A stretch of DNA of 64,000 bases from an uncultured Eubacteriales bacterium (GCA_934446675.1 CAKSEL010000010.1:19861-83860); one strand, 5' to 3'; positions 44,617 through 55,501 are shown, counted from the first letter of the stretch. Numbers and translations are program-made. The notes: a model not told the origin generated them from the letters alone.

Positions 44617-46017
44617 ATGAAATCCGGACTTGTTTTGGTGTTTTTCGGACTTGTTTTTCTGATAAATCCGAACTTTAATATGTTCGACATATTGCCGGAC
44701 TTTATAGGATTTGCGCTTGTGTGCGCAGGACTTGCAAAATACGCGCTGATTGACGAAAATCTGTCGAGTGCAAAGAAATGTTCGATGTACTGCGCGTTTC
44801 TGTCTGCCGCAAAGCTTGTTTTTTCGCTGTGGACGAATGCCGGGCATACAGATTATCTTCTGCCGTTCGGGTTTGCCTTTGCGGTGCTTGAAATAATCTT
44901 TATGACGGCGTTTTTCAGAAACCTCTGCACGGGATTTGACTATATGGCTCTGAGAGCGTCGGAAGAAGGCGCAAGAACAAAGCTGTCGAACCTGTTTGCA
45001 ATGTCGGCGATATATACGTTCGGCACGCGCATACTCGATTTTGTACCGCAGATATTTTCGCTCGCCGTGCAGAACGAGGAGCTTGATTTAAGCTATAATG
45101 CGCATAGAAAAATGCCGCTTTCGGCGGTAAAGCCGTATGTTATGCTTGTCTGCATGGCGGCAAGCCTTGCACTCGGAGTGCTTTTGGTGATTGTCGCGTC
45201 GGGAGCATTGAAAAAACTGCGGAAAAGTGAGAAATTTATTGGTTTTGCGCAGCAGAAATATGCAAACGACGTCGAAAATGACCGTGAAAGATACGTAAGC
45301 CTTGTAATGCCGGGCGTTTTTACGCTCTGCGTGATTGCGTCGGTGTTCCTGTACGATTTTGAGATAGGCGGATTGAATTTGCTGCCGACGGTTCTGGCGC
45401 TGCCGTTTTTTGCCGCAGCTTTTGCGAGAATGAAAAAGGTCGATGCAAATATAAAAACTCCGTATGTGACATATATTGCTGCGGCTGTATTCTGTGCCGC
45501 ACAGTATGTGCTTATGTACGCGGTAAATGTCGGCGTGGGCGAGCTTTATGCGGAAAGTGCCGTTACTTACGGCGCGGCGTTAAGACTGTCGTCGGTCGGC
45601 GGTACGGTATTGACGGTTGCCGTTTGCGTGCTTTGCGCGGTGTTTACGGCGCTCGGTGCGGTTAAAACACTTAACGCGCTCGGTACTGTCTGCAAGGATA
45701 ACCGCAGAACGGCGGCTCTCGGACGTATTTTTCTCTGCAAGATTATGGTCTGCGCGGTCTGCTTTGCCGGATTTGTGAGCAATTCGCTTAGAATAGCCGT
45801 TCTGTATCTCGGCAACAATGCCGCAGTGCGTGAATTTCTCCTTGTACGCGGTAATATTAAGTCCGAGCCGCAGTATCTTTCATATCTTTCAAACCGCAGC
45901 GTCGCTCTCTTTCAGCGCCTCGATGCTCTCAGTGAATTTGTCGGTATCGCTTTCTTTGTCCTTGCTTTTTTCACTGTTCTCAACATCGCCGCCGCTCAAA
46001 ACAAATCCGAAGGATAG
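44617..46017 (+). CDS. Multi-pass membrane protein, unknown function
   Basis: 466 aa with ~10 hydrophobic helices. Confidence 0.7.
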   Translation: MKSGLVLVFFGLVFLINPNFNMFDILPDFIGFALVCAGLAKYALIDENLSSAKKCSMYCAFLSAAKLVFSLWTNAGHTDYLLPFGFAFAVLEIIFMTAFFRNLCTGFDYMALRASEEGARTKLSNLFAMSAIYTFGTRILDFVPQIFSLAVQNEELDLSYNAHRKMPLSAVKPYVMLVCMAASLALGVLLVIVASGALKKLRKSEKFIGFAQQKYANDVENDRERYVSLVMPGVFTLCVIASVFLYDFEIGGLNLLPTVLALPFFAAAFARMKKVDANIKTPYVTYIAAAVFCAAQYVLMYAVNVGVGELYAESAVTYGAALRLSSVGGTVLTVAVCVLCAVFTALGAVKTLNALGTVCKDNRRTAALGRIFLCKIMVCAVCFAGFVSNSLRIAVLYLGNNAAVREFLLVRGNIKSEPQYLSYLSNRSVALFQRLDALSEFVGIAFFVLAFFTVLNIAAAQNKSEG

Positions 46018-46820
46018 GAGTACGCAAGAATACGCGCTTTCTTTTTAAAAAGAAAGCTGCAAAGAAAACAGTAGCCCTTAATTTAGAAAAGAATTGCGGA
46101 ATACTCTCTGCCGCCAGCTTGTACCGTTCGCAGTCGAACAGCAGGACTGCGAACTCAGATGTGAGCAGGTGCTGAAGTAAACTATGGAAATTTAGTACAA
46201 AGGGCAACTTTGGAAAGTGATATTACTTCGCACCACCCAAACATAAAACTAAAATTCAGCAAAGTCATCTCGCGTAAGCGAGTTGGGCGGAAAAACGAGT
46301 CCTGTTGACTGCATAATAACGCATAAGAATTGCATATTTGAGCCTTAAATATAGTTTACGCAGACCGCAACGTGACATGGCATAAAAGTTGAACTGTGTT
46401 AACCAATTTGAGCGTAGACACCAGCCCCATCGAGCAGTGCGGAGCATCTGCGAGCGATTTTGCCGTAGGTTACGTGGACGCACCGTAGTAACAAGTGGTC
46501 ACTTTAGAAAAATCGTTTGAGGGGTAGAAAGTCATGTTCAGGGCAAAATCCTCCACGTAGCCACGCTTTCGCTGCGGCGTTTGAGCGGCGAAAATCTTTT
46601 GCGACTTTTTCGATTCCGAAAAGTCGGTGAATAGACTTGCAAGTGACAGTGGATAATCCTTTTCCGCCTAAAATAATCAAAATTTGATTAAACATAAAAC
46701 ATCTTTCAGCTTTTCTCCGTAGAAAAGCGTCAGTATAGGGTTGCACATGGAAGTGGATTATCCGTTTCCGCCCAAACCAAGAAACAATCAGCCAAGAAAA
46801 AAGAAAGGAAGTCTCTCACC
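46018..46820 (+). repeat. Mosaic intergenic repeat, copy 12 (803 bp)
   Basis: A palindrome 46036-46057, hairpin B allele ii 46126-46154, C, V, D allele b, S2, E (U.G allele) and two Z units. It ends GAAAGGAAGTCTCTCACC just before GTG 46821. Confidence 0.93.
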
Positions 46821-47030
46821 GTGGAACTTAAAGCCTTCGGCGTAGGCGATACGCTGAATATGAAAAAACCGCACGCGTGTGATTCAAAATCAAAAAAGAT
46901 GCTCGTGCTCATGGCAGGCAGTGACGTAAAAGTGCGCTGTGAGGGCTGCGGACGTGAGATGATCCTGCCGAGAGTTAAACTCGAAAGAAGTATAAAAAGC
47001 GTTACCCGAAAGGAAGACATGAATGTTTGA
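46821..47030 (+). CDS. DUF951-family small protein
   Basis: 69 aa. [37 protein letters not shown] matches the DUF951 pattern by eye. GTG start. Confidence 0.75.
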   Translation: MELKAFGVGDTLNMKKPHACDSKSKKMLVLMAGSDVKVRCEGCGREMILPRVKLERSIKSVTRKEDMNV

Positions 47031-48093
47031 AAACCTCGAAGAAGCAAAAAAACATTTTGAGCAGATAAATGATATGCTCATGACTCCCGAAGTCGTAAAT
47101 GATACCGAAAAGTATAAAAATCTCATGAAAGAGCATAAAAACCTCTCCCCGATCGTCGAAAAGTATAATGAATATAAAACGACAAAGAATAATTACGATC
47201 AGGCTTGTGAGCTTGCGGACGAAACCGGCGATAAAGAGCTTAAAGAACTTGCCGAAACCGAAATGAAAGAATGTAAGGAAAAGCTCTCGGAAATCGAGGA
47301 GGAATTGAAAATTCTCCTGCTGCCGCGCGATGAGGACGATGATAAAAACGTAATCGTCGAAATAAGGGCAGGTACCGGCGGTGAAGAAGCCGCGCTTTTC
47401 GCACATAGTATTTTCCGTATGTACTCAATGTACGCCGATAGAAAACGCTTTAAAATCGAGGTTCTTAATATAAACGAAACCGAACTCGGCGGAATAAAGG
47501 AAGTCGCGTTTATGGTAGAGGGCGCAGGCGCATTTTCAAGATTTAAGTTTGAAAGCGGCGTTCACCGCGTTCAGCGCGTGCCCGAAACCGAAACCCAGGG
47601 ACGTATACACACCTCGGCAATTACAGTCGCAGTGCTTCCCGAAGCTGAGGACGTCGAAGTTGAAATCAATCCCAATGACCTTGAAATAGATACCTACCGC
47701 AGCGGCGGCGCAGGAGGTCAGCACGTAAATAAGACCGATTCGGCAATAAGAATAACCCATAAGCCGACAGGTATAGTCGTCGAGTGCCAGGACGAGCGCA
47801 GCCAGTTCAAAAACCGCGATAAGGCAATGAAAATGTTAAAGGCAAAGCTGTTGGATATGGAAAAGACAAGACAGCATAACGAGCGCGCAAGCGAGAGAAA
47901 GAGCCAGGTCGGTTCGGGCGACAGAAGCGAGAGAATAAGAACGTATAATTATCCGCAGAGCAGACTTACCGACCATAGAATAGGTCTTACGCTGTATAGC
48001 CTTGAAAATATCCTTGACGGAGATCTCGACGGCGTTATCGACGCATTGATTACAGCCGACAGAGCCGAAAAACTGCAGAACAGCGAGTTGTGA
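47023..48093 (+). CDS. prfA: Peptide chain release factor 1
   Basis: GGQ motif [18 protein letters not shown] and the codon-recognition loop [17 protein letters not shown]. It overlaps the DUF951 gene by 8 nt. Confidence 0.95.
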   Translation: MFENLEEAKKHFEQINDMLMTPEVVNDTEKYKNLMKEHKNLSPIVEKYNEYKTTKNNYDQACELADETGDKELKELAETEMKECKEKLSEIEEELKILLLPRDEDDDKNVIVEIRAGTGGEEAALFAHSIFRMYSMYADRKRFKIEVLNINETELGGIKEVAFMVEGAGAFSRFKFESGVHRVQRVPETETQGRIHTSAITVAVLPEAEDVEVEINPNDLEIDTYRSGGAGGQHVNKTDSAIRITHKPTGIVVECQDERSQFKNRDKAMKMLKAKLLDMEKTRQHNERASERKSQVGSGDRSERIRTYNYPQSRLTDHRIGLTLYSLENILDGDLDGVIDALITADRAEKLQNSEL

Positions 48094-48099
48094 TAAATA

Positions 48100-49212
48100 A
48101 TGATTCTCGAAGAAACAAAAATACTTAAAGTGTCTCCGGATCTTTCGGATAAAGACGATCTGCAAAAGCTTGAATTTGCCGGAGAAATACTCCGTAAAGG
48201 CGGACTTGTCGCATTCCCTACCGAAACCGTCTACGGACTCGGCGCAAACGCACTCGATAAAAACGCGGTGGAAAATATATTCAAGGCAAAGGGACGTCCG
48301 CAGGATAATCCGCTTATAGTCCATGTAAGCAGGCCCGAAGATATAACAAAGTATGCCGTTACCGAAAATAATAAGTACTTTGAGATATTAAAGGACGAAA
48401 TGCCGGCGCCTCTTACCGTAATACTTCCCAAAAGAGATGTTATTCCGACGGAGGTCTGCGCGGGGCTTGACAGCGTGGGCATGAGAGTTCCTCTGTCGAA
48501 GATTGCAAGAAAGCTCATAGAGTGCGCGGGAGTTCCCGTCGCGGCGCCAAGCGCAAATCTTTCGGGAAAACCCAGTCCAACCTGCGCAAAACACGTCATT
48601 GACGATATGACGGGCAGAGCCGACGTAATTATAGACGGTTCGTTCAGTACCGTCGGCGTTGAATCTACCGTTGTAACGCTTTGTACGGAACCTCCGGCAA
48701 TATTAAGACCCGGCGGATTTACAAAAGAAATGCTCGAACGTCTGCTCGGACGCGTAAATGTGTCCGACGCTGTGTTAAACGGACTTAAAGAGGGCGAAAA
48801 AGCTGCGTCGCCCGGAATGAAATATAAGCATTACGCGCCGCAGAATAAGGTCGTGCTCGTAAAAGGCGAAAACGACGGACAGATAGAGGACGTTCTCTTT
48901 CATAAGCTTGAGACAGAAAACTGCGCGGTAATATGCTGTAAAGAGCAGTGCGGAAAGTTTTATGAGAAGTATAAGGAGCGTATAATAACGGTGGGCAGTA
49001 CGTCGCACCTTGAGGATTACGCGGAAAAGCTTTTCGGCGCGCTGAGAGATACCGACGGCTTTTGCGGTATAACGGCGGTCTATGCGGCGCTTCCCAAGGA
49101 TACATCTGGAATATCGCTTGCCATATATAACAGAATGTTGAGAGCTGCGGCGTTCAACGTCATAAACGCGAAAGATGGATCGGCGGAAAGCGCGGACGGT
49201 GAGAGAAAATGA
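48100..49212 (+). CDS. tsaC: L-threonylcarbamoyladenylate synthase (long Sua5/YwlC type)
   Basis: GGLVAFPTETVYGLGANA motif and a C-terminal Sua5 domain. 370 aa. Confidence 0.92.
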   Translation: MILEETKILKVSPDLSDKDDLQKLEFAGEILRKGGLVAFPTETVYGLGANALDKNAVENIFKAKGRPQDNPLIVHVSRPEDITKYAVTENNKYFEILKDEMPAPLTVILPKRDVIPTEVCAGLDSVGMRVPLSKIARKLIECAGVPVAAPSANLSGKPSPTCAKHVIDDMTGRADVIIDGSFSTVGVESTVVTLCTEPPAILRPGGFTKEMLERLLGRVNVSDAVLNGLKEGEKAASPGMKYKHYAPQNKVVLVKGENDGQIEDVLFHKLETENCAVICCKEQCGKFYEKYKERIITVGSTSHLEDYAEKLFGALRDTDGFCGITAVYAALPKDTSGISLAIYNRMLRAAAFNVINAKDGSAESADGERK

Positions 49213-49820
49213 TAATTCTCGGACTTACAGGCCCGTCGGGATCGGGAAAAAGCAGCTTTGCGCACAGGGCGCTTGAAAAATATGACGGCGTGTGCGTGAC
49301 CGACGCCGATAAGATAGCAAGAAGCGTGACCGAAAAAGGGACGCCCTGCTTAAATGAGCTTTGCGGATATTTCGGAAACGGTATTTTGCTTGCAGACGGC
49401 AGCCTTGACAGAAAGGCGCTTGCAAAGACGGCGTTTTCGGACGAAAAAAAGCATGAGGTCTTGAATTCCGTAACGCATAAGTATATAATGCTTGAAATGC
49501 GAAAGGAAATCGACGCGGCGGAAAAGTCGGGCATGAAAATGTGCATAGTTGACGCACCGCTGCTGTTCGAGAGCGGATTTGATAAAGACTGCGGCGTGAC
49601 GGTCTGCGTAATTGCGGATAAAGATACAAGAATAAAGCGCATAATGCAGCGCGACGGCATAGATGAAAATTCAGCAAGGCTGAGAATTTCGGCGCAGCAT
49701 GACGACAGCTTTTATACGTCAAAGTCGGACTTTGCGCTGAGAAACGATACGTCGCAGGCAGATTTTGAAAAGCAGACAGATGATGTTTTGCAGGTTATTT
49801 TTCAAAAATTTAAAGCATAA
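49209..49820 (+). CDS. coaE: Dephospho-CoA kinase
   Basis: P-loop ILGLTGPSGSGKSS. 203 aa. 4-nt overlap with the upstream gene. Confidence 0.92.
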   Translation: MIILGLTGPSGSGKSSFAHRALEKYDGVCVTDADKIARSVTEKGTPCLNELCGYFGNGILLADGSLDRKALAKTAFSDEKKHEVLNSVTHKYIMLEMRKEIDAAEKSGMKMCIVDAPLLFESGFDKDCGVTVCVIADKDTRIKRIMQRDGIDENSARLRISAQHDDSFYTSKSDFALRNDTSQADFEKQTDDVLQVIFQKFKA

Positions 49821-49866
49821 TAACAAATACATAATGAAATATCCCCCGAAGAGAGGTATTATATAA

Positions 49867-50421
49867 GTGAAGAGAACCGCGGTTATTCTTTCGATACTCG
49901 TTCTTGCGGCGCTTGTCAGCTTTGCATGGATAAAAGTCGAGAGAATCGTGCTTGAAAATAATTATCCGCTTGAATTTAAAGAATATGTGGATAAGTATTC
50001 CGAAAAATATTCCGTGCCGGAAAATATAGTCTACGGCGTTATAAAAACCGAGAGTAATTTCAAAAGCGACGCTTTGTCAGATAAGGGCGCAGTCGGTCTT
50101 ATGCAGATAACTCCCGAAACTTTCGAGTGGCTTTGTACCAAAGAACCTTATGAAAACGCCTCTGCCGAATTGCTCTATAATCCCGAAATCAATATAAGAT
50201 ACGGTACGCTTTTCCTCAGTATGCTCTATACCGAGTTCGGTACTTGGGATAACGCTTACGCCGCTTATAATGCCGGCAGAACGCGCGTTAATAACTGGCT
50301 ATCTCAGGAACAGTATAATGCCGACGGCAGACTCGTGAATATTCCGTTCCCCGAAACCGCAAACTATGTCGTGAAAGTCGCCAAAGCCGCCGAAACGTAC
50401 AAAAATCTGTATTTTGATTAG
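49867..50421 (+). CDS. Lytic transglycosylase (SLT domain), membrane-anchored
   Basis: GVIKTESNFKSDALSDKGAVGLMQITPETF catalytic Glu-Ser context with an N-terminal TM helix. GTG start. Confidence 0.9.
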   Translation: MKRTAVILSILVLAALVSFAWIKVERIVLENNYPLEFKEYVDKYSEKYSVPENIVYGVIKTESNFKSDALSDKGAVGLMQITPETFEWLCTKEPYENASAELLYNPEINIRYGTLFLSMLYTEFGTWDNAYAAYNAGRTRVNNWLSQEQYNADGRLVNIPFPETANYVVKVAKAAETYKNLYFD

Positions 50422-51292
50422 AGTACGCAGGAATACGCGCTTTATAGGGGTACGCGCTTTTCTGAAGAAAAGCTGAGCGCTCTAAAGAGTGTAAACAAAA
50501 GACTTTCGTAGCCCTTAAATAAGAAAAGAATTGTGGGATACTCCCTGCCGCCAGCTTGTACCGTTCGCAGTCAAACAGCAGGACTGCGAACTCAGATGTA
50601 AACAGGTGCGTGAGTAAACTATGGAAATTCAGTACAAAGGGTAGCTTTTGAAAGTGAAATTACTCCGCACCTACGAAACAACAAACTAACATTTGTAAAA
50701 GTCATCTTGCCGTAGGCAAGCTGGTCGGAAAAGTTAGTCCTGTTGACTGTGAAATAACAGAAAAAGTTAACACTTGCGCACCTCAAATAAAGTTTACGCA
50801 GACCGCAACGTGACATGGCGTAAAACTTGGCATTATGTCAACCAACTTGTGTGTAGATGCCAGCCCCATCCGCGCGCCTGTCGCGCGGCGATTTTGCCGT
50901 AAGCTACACGGACGTACCATAGTAGCAAGGCGGTCGCATTTGTAAGGATAATAAAGGTGAAAAAAGCCATGTTCAGGGCAAAATCCTCCACGTAGCCACG
51001 CTTTCGCGGCGGCGTTTGAGCCGCGAAAATCTTTTGCCTTTTATCCTCGCAGGGGACTTTTTCGATTCCGAAAAGAGGGGGAATAGGGTTGCACATGGCA
51101 GTGAATTATCTTTTCTCGCCAAAATAAGCAACAGCTAGCCAAACACCAAACATCTTTCAGCTTTTCTCCGTAGAAAAGCGTCAGTACAAAGTTGCACTTT
51201 GAAGAATATTTCCCGTTTCCGCCCAAATAGGCAACAATCAACCAATCAAAAACTAAAAAATTATATAGAATCTCAGAAAGAAGATGTAAAAT
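50422..51292 (+). repeat. Mosaic intergenic repeat, copy 13 (871 bp)
   Basis: TACG decamers. The A palindrome is replaced by the insertion variant (hairpin 50456-50473, inverted 27-mer 50475-50501). Then hairpin B allele ii 50563-50591, C allele ii, V, D allele a, S2, E and two Z units. Confidence 0.93.
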
Positions 51293-52702
51293 ATGCCGGA
51301 AAAGAAGTCAAAAGGAGAAGAGCTGAAAGAAAAGCTCTTTATGAAACAGCCCGACGCATATGAAAAGCTGTCCGAAAAGGAAATTGAAAAGGCTTATAAA
51401 TATTGCGACGGATATAAGAAATTCTTAGGTGAATGTAAAACCGAAAGAGAATCCGTGGATTTTGCGGTAAAGTACCTTGAAAAGAACGGATTTGAAAAAT
51501 TTGAGTACGGTAAAAAATATCAGCCGGGCGATAAAATCTATTTTAATAATAGAGGTAAGTCCGTCTATATAATCACCGTCGGTAAACATGGTCTTGAAAA
51601 CGGACTTCATATCGCAGCCGCACACGTTGATAGCCCCAGAATTGACTTGAAACAGCACCCGCTTTATGAGGACGGCGGATTTGCTTTCTTTAAAACGCAT
51701 TATTACGGCGGAATTAAGAAATTCCAGTGGGTAACAGTGCCTCTTGCACTTCACGGAGTTGTCGTTAAGGCTGACGGCGAGTGCGTAAAGATAAGTATAG
51801 GCGAGGACGAGAGCGATCCCGTGTTCTATATAACCGATCTTCTTCCGCATCTCGGTAAGGATCAGGCAACAAAGCCTATGGGCAGCGTGTTTAACGGAGA
51901 AATGCTCAATGTTCTCTGCGGCAGCCGTCCGTATAATGATGAAAAAGTGTCGGAAAAGATTAAGCTTAATGTGCTCAATCTGCTCTATGAAAAGTACGGA
52001 ATTACAGAGGCTGACCTCGTTTCGAGCGAACTTTGCCTTGTTCCGTCGCAGAAACCGCGCGATGTCGGATTCGATAGAAGTCTTGTCGGCTCTTACGGTC
52101 ATGACGATAGGGTTTGCGCATATCCTATCATGACTGCGGCAGTAGATTGCTCAAAGCAGATTCCCGAGCATACTCAGGTTACTATCTTCGCGGATAAAGA
52201 GGAGATAGGCAGCGAGGGAAATACGGGTATGCAGTCCTTCGCGTTCGTCGATGTGCTTAATGAAATTTGTATAAACAGGGGCGAAAATCCCAGAGTTATG
52301 TTCGCAAACTCAAAGTGCCTGTCAGCAGACGTAAACGCTTGCTTTGATCCGAATTATGCAGAGGCTTATGAAACCAGAAACTCGGCTTATATTAATAAGG
52401 GTGTGTCGGTTACTAAGTTTACCGGGGCGCGCGGTAAGTCCGAAACTAATGACGCTCATGCGGAATATGTCGCATATGTCAGAAACCTCCTCGATAAGGC
52501 AGGCGTCGTGTGGCAGATGGGTGAACTCGGTAAGGTAGATCAGGGCGGCGGCGGTACTGTCGCTATGTACCTCGCTAAACTTAATATTGATGTTATTGAT
52601 GTCGGCGTCCCCGTTATTTCTATGCACGCTCCTTATGAAATCGTCTCTAAAACCGATGTCTATTCCGCTTATAAGGCTTTCGAGGCTTTCTTTAAAGACT
52701 AA
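51293..52702 (+). CDS. M18-family aminopeptidase
   Basis: AAAHVDSPRIDLK and GHDDRVCAY metal-ligand motifs. 469 aa. Confidence 0.88.
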   Translation: MPEKKSKGEELKEKLFMKQPDAYEKLSEKEIEKAYKYCDGYKKFLGECKTERESVDFAVKYLEKNGFEKFEYGKKYQPGDKIYFNNRGKSVYIITVGKHGLENGLHIAAAHVDSPRIDLKQHPLYEDGGFAFFKTHYYGGIKKFQWVTVPLALHGVVVKADGECVKISIGEDESDPVFYITDLLPHLGKDQATKPMGSVFNGEMLNVLCGSRPYNDEKVSEKIKLNVLNLLYEKYGITEADLVSSELCLVPSQKPRDVGFDRSLVGSYGHDDRVCAYPIMTAAVDCSKQIPEHTQVTIFADKEEIGSEGNTGMQSFAFVDVLNEICINRGENPRVMFANSKCLSADVNACFDPNYAEAYETRNSAYINKGVSVTKFTGARGKSETNDAHAEYVAYVRNLLDKAGVVWQMGELGKVDQGGGGTVAMYLAKLNIDVIDVGVPVISMHAPYEIVSKTDVYSAYKAFEAFFKD

Positions 52703-53802
52703 GGAATAGATAGGGATTACGAGGGATACGCGCTTTCTTTTTAAAAAGAAAGCTGCAAAGAAAACGGTAGTCCTTAATTTAGAAAAGAATTGTGGGATAC
52801 TCTCTGCCGCCAGCTTGTACCGTCCGCAGTCGAACAGCAGGACTGCGGACTAAGATAAAAACAGGTGCCAAAGCAAGCTATGGAAATTGTGTGCTGAAGG
52901 TGGCTTTGGTGAGTGAAACCGTTTCGCAACAATGAAATAAAGTAAAAATTTCACTTTGCGCCGACGAAACAGAACCGAATTTTCGCTCCGCACCGACGGA
53001 AACAATAAACTAAAATTCAGCAAAGTCATCTCGCGTAAGCGAGCTGGGTAGAAAAATGAGTCCTGTTGACTGCGAAATAACTTAAAAAAATTACTTTTTC
53101 GCACCTAAAATAAAGTTTACGCAGACCGCAGCGTGACATGGTACAAGAACTCGGCATTATGTCGACCAATTTGTGTTTAGAAACCAGCCCCATCCGCGCG
53201 CCTGTCGCGCGGCGATTTCGCGGCACAGTTTCAGGGACAGTGCGAAATGTGAGTTTTTGAAATTTCGGAGGCGTAAATGGTTTTGGTGCGCGTTTACACT
53301 CTTTAGAGTGAAATCCTCCACGTAGCCACGCTTTCGCGGCGGCGATTGAGCCGCGAACGGCTTTTGTTTACGCTCTTTAGAGTGCAACTTTTTCGCCGTC
53401 GAAAAGTTGGAGAATAGAGTTTCAAGTGGAAGTGAGTAATCCGTTCCCGCCAAAAACAGGTGAAAATCAGCCATACGCAAGTTTAGTTCGCTTTCGCGGC
53501 GGCGTTTGAGCCGCGAAAATCTTTTGTCATTTATCCTCGCAGGGGACTTTTTCGATTCCGAAAAGTGAGGAGAATAGACTTGCAAGTGGAAGTGAATTTC
53601 CCGTTTCCACCCAAAATAAGCAATACTCAGCCAAACAAAAAGTATCTTTTCGCTTTTCGATTCCGAAAAGTCGGTGAATAGAGTTGCACATGGAAGTGGA
53701 TTATCATTTTCCGCCCCAAAATAAGCAACACTCAGCCAAACCCGCAAACCTGTCCTGTGCAAAGAGAAAAAAGATATTAAAAGTTAGAAAGGAAGATCCC
53801 CG
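52703..53802 (+). repeat. Mosaic intergenic repeat, copy 14 (1100 bp, longest)
   Basis: A palindrome 52732-52753, hairpin B allele i 52822-52850, extended P3, C, V, D allele a, S1, then three Z units (F hairpins 53385-53409, 53546-53566, 53653-53670) with two E hairpins. It ends GAAAGGAAGATCCCCG just before GTG 53803. Confidence 0.93.
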
Positions 53803-55110
53803 GTGAAAATTACAGAATTAAAATCAGCAATCAGAAACGGACACTATGATAAAGCGTTCCGTGAACTTTACGGAGAAACCTGTGACCTTGAGAAAGTGTA
53901 TGAAAGATATGAAAAGTGCGCACAGGGCTTTGAAGAAACATATAAAAACAGCGCAGATTTCGATGACGTGCGCCTTTTCAGCGTCGCAGGAAGAAGCGAG
54001 ATAAGCGGAAATCATACCGACCATAACCATGGCTGCGTGCTTGCAGCGTCAATAAGCCTTGATATAATCTCGGTTGCCGCAAAGACAAACGACGGTAAAG
54101 TTACAATTAAGTCGGAGGGCTTCCCTATTGATGAAGTAGACGTTGCAGACGCCGATAAAGTAAGAGACGGCGAAAAGTATAAGGCAAGCGCAATAATCAG
54201 AGGTATGTGCGACGGCTTTGTAAAGAACGGACTTAAAGTCGGCTCGTATTGCGCATATACTACCTCAAATGTCCTTAAAGGTTCGGGACTTTCTTCGTCC
54301 GCAGCGTTCGAGGATATGACCGGTAATATGCTTAACTGGTTCTATAACGACGGTAAGGTTGATAATGTCGAAATAGCAAAAATAGCGCAGTACGCAGAGA
54401 ACGTGCATTTCGGTAAACCCTGCGGACTTATGGACCAGATAGCGTGCGCGGCAGGCGGATTTGTCGCAATAGACTTTAAAGATACCAAAAATCCCGTAGT
54501 TACAAGACTTCCGTTTGACCTTGACGCACACGGACTTTCGCTCTGTATCGTAAATACCGGCGGAAACCATGCCGATCTTAATGAGGACTATGCGTCGATA
54601 CCGGCAGATATGAAAGCCGTTGCAAAAATGTTTGGTAAAGAAGTGCTCAGAGACGTTTCAAAAGAGGAACTTCTCGCAAGAGCCGCCGAAATACGCGAAA
54701 AACTCGGCGATAAGTGCCTGCTCCGCGCAATGCATTTCCTTAATGAGAATACGCGCGTAGGACTTCAGAAAGATGCGCTCCAGAAGGGCGATCTTGCAGG
54801 ATTTCTTAACGGCGTGAGAAAGTCGGGCATTTCTTCTGCTACAATGCTCCAGAACGTCTATACCGTAAAGAACGTAAATGAGCAGGGACTTTCCGTTGCG
54901 CTCGCGCTTTCGGCTGAAGTGCTCGACGGCGTCGATAACGCTGCATACAGAGTTCACGGCGGCGGATTTGCAGGTACAATTCAGGCGTTCGTACCCAAAA
55001 ACCTTGTCGGAAAGTACAGACAGACGCTTGAAGGCGTGTTCGGAAAAGGCAATGTCTATGTGCTCAATGTGCGTAAGTACGGCGCGGTAAGCCTTGACGC
55101 CATAAACTAA
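53803..55110 (+). CDS. GHMP-family sugar kinase (galactokinase-like)
   Basis: GRSEISGNHTDHNHG (galactokinase signature-like) and LKGSGLSSSAAFE GHMP motif. 435 aa. GTG start. Confidence 0.85.
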   Translation: MKITELKSAIRNGHYDKAFRELYGETCDLEKVYERYEKCAQGFEETYKNSADFDDVRLFSVAGRSEISGNHTDHNHGCVLAASISLDIISVAAKTNDGKVTIKSEGFPIDEVDVADADKVRDGEKYKASAIIRGMCDGFVKNGLKVGSYCAYTTSNVLKGSGLSSSAAFEDMTGNMLNWFYNDGKVDNVEIAKIAQYAENVHFGKPCGLMDQIACAAGGFVAIDFKDTKNPVVTRLPFDLDAHGLSLCIVNTGGNHADLNEDYASIPADMKAVAKMFGKEVLRDVSKEELLARAAEIREKLGDKCLLRAMHFLNENTRVGLQKDALQKGDLAGFLNGVRKSGISSATMLQNVYTVKNVNEQGLSVALALSAEVLDGVDNAAYRVHGGGFAGTIQAFVPKNLVGKYRQTLEGVFGKGNVYVLNVRKYGAVSLDAIN

Positions 55111-55117
55111 AAAATAT

Positions 55118-55486
55118 ATGACGCGTAAGCAAAAAATCAAAAATCTTCTTGCGCTTTTCGTAAATCTCTGTATCGTCGGCGGAATTTATATCTATGCCAA
55201 TATGCGTATGTTTCTGCCGATAGTCTGGATATACGCGGCTTTTACAGTCGTCGGTTCGTGTCTTTATGTATACCTGTATATGAAAGACCGTATAGCAGAG
55301 GCAAATCCTCCGGAAGGGCTGTCCGAACAGCATATCGCGGAGCTTTCGCAAAAGCGCAAGAAAAATATGAGAACGGCGGTCATAATCTTTTTGCCGTTCA
55401 TAATAGTAATGCTCTGCGACTGTACATATCTTCTGCTGCTTTCCGACAGCGAGGTCTTTAAGGCAGTCGGCAATATTTTCCGATAA
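55118..55486 (+). CDS. Small membrane protein, unknown function
   Basis: 122 aa with three hydrophobic helices. Tightly packed between neighbouring genes. Confidence 0.6.
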   Translation: MTRKQKIKNLLALFVNLCIVGGIYIYANMRMFLPIVWIYAAFTVVGSCLYVYLYMKDRIAEANPPEGLSEQHIAELSQKRKKNMRTAVIIFLPFIIVMLCDCTYLLLLSDSEVFKAVGNIFR

Positions 55487-55501
55487 GGTAGTAATTTTTC
55501 C

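Noticed and set aside
53333-53717. A CRISPR-like array, suggested by the recurring palindromic CTTTTCGATTCCGAAAAG units.
   Set aside because: The inter-unit sequences are themselves conserved between units and between loci, so they are not unique spacers. The period is irregular (~95-190 bp), arrays have only 1-3 units, and no cas genes are present.
53157-53762. Long ORFs inside the repeat copies. Examples are 53157-53762(-) 201 aa, 12608-12979(-) 123 aa, 4983-5348(-) 121 aa and 37193-37624(+) 143 aa, with recurring peptides such as IIHCHVQLYSPTFRNRK, FSESKKS, LFGIEK and RFSPLKRRSES.
   Set aside because: The recurring peptides are the three reading frames of the same hairpin DNA. The open frame differs from copy to copy, starts lie in neighbouring genes or lack an SD, and substitutions follow stem pairing rather than codon structure. 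I treat them as non-coding.
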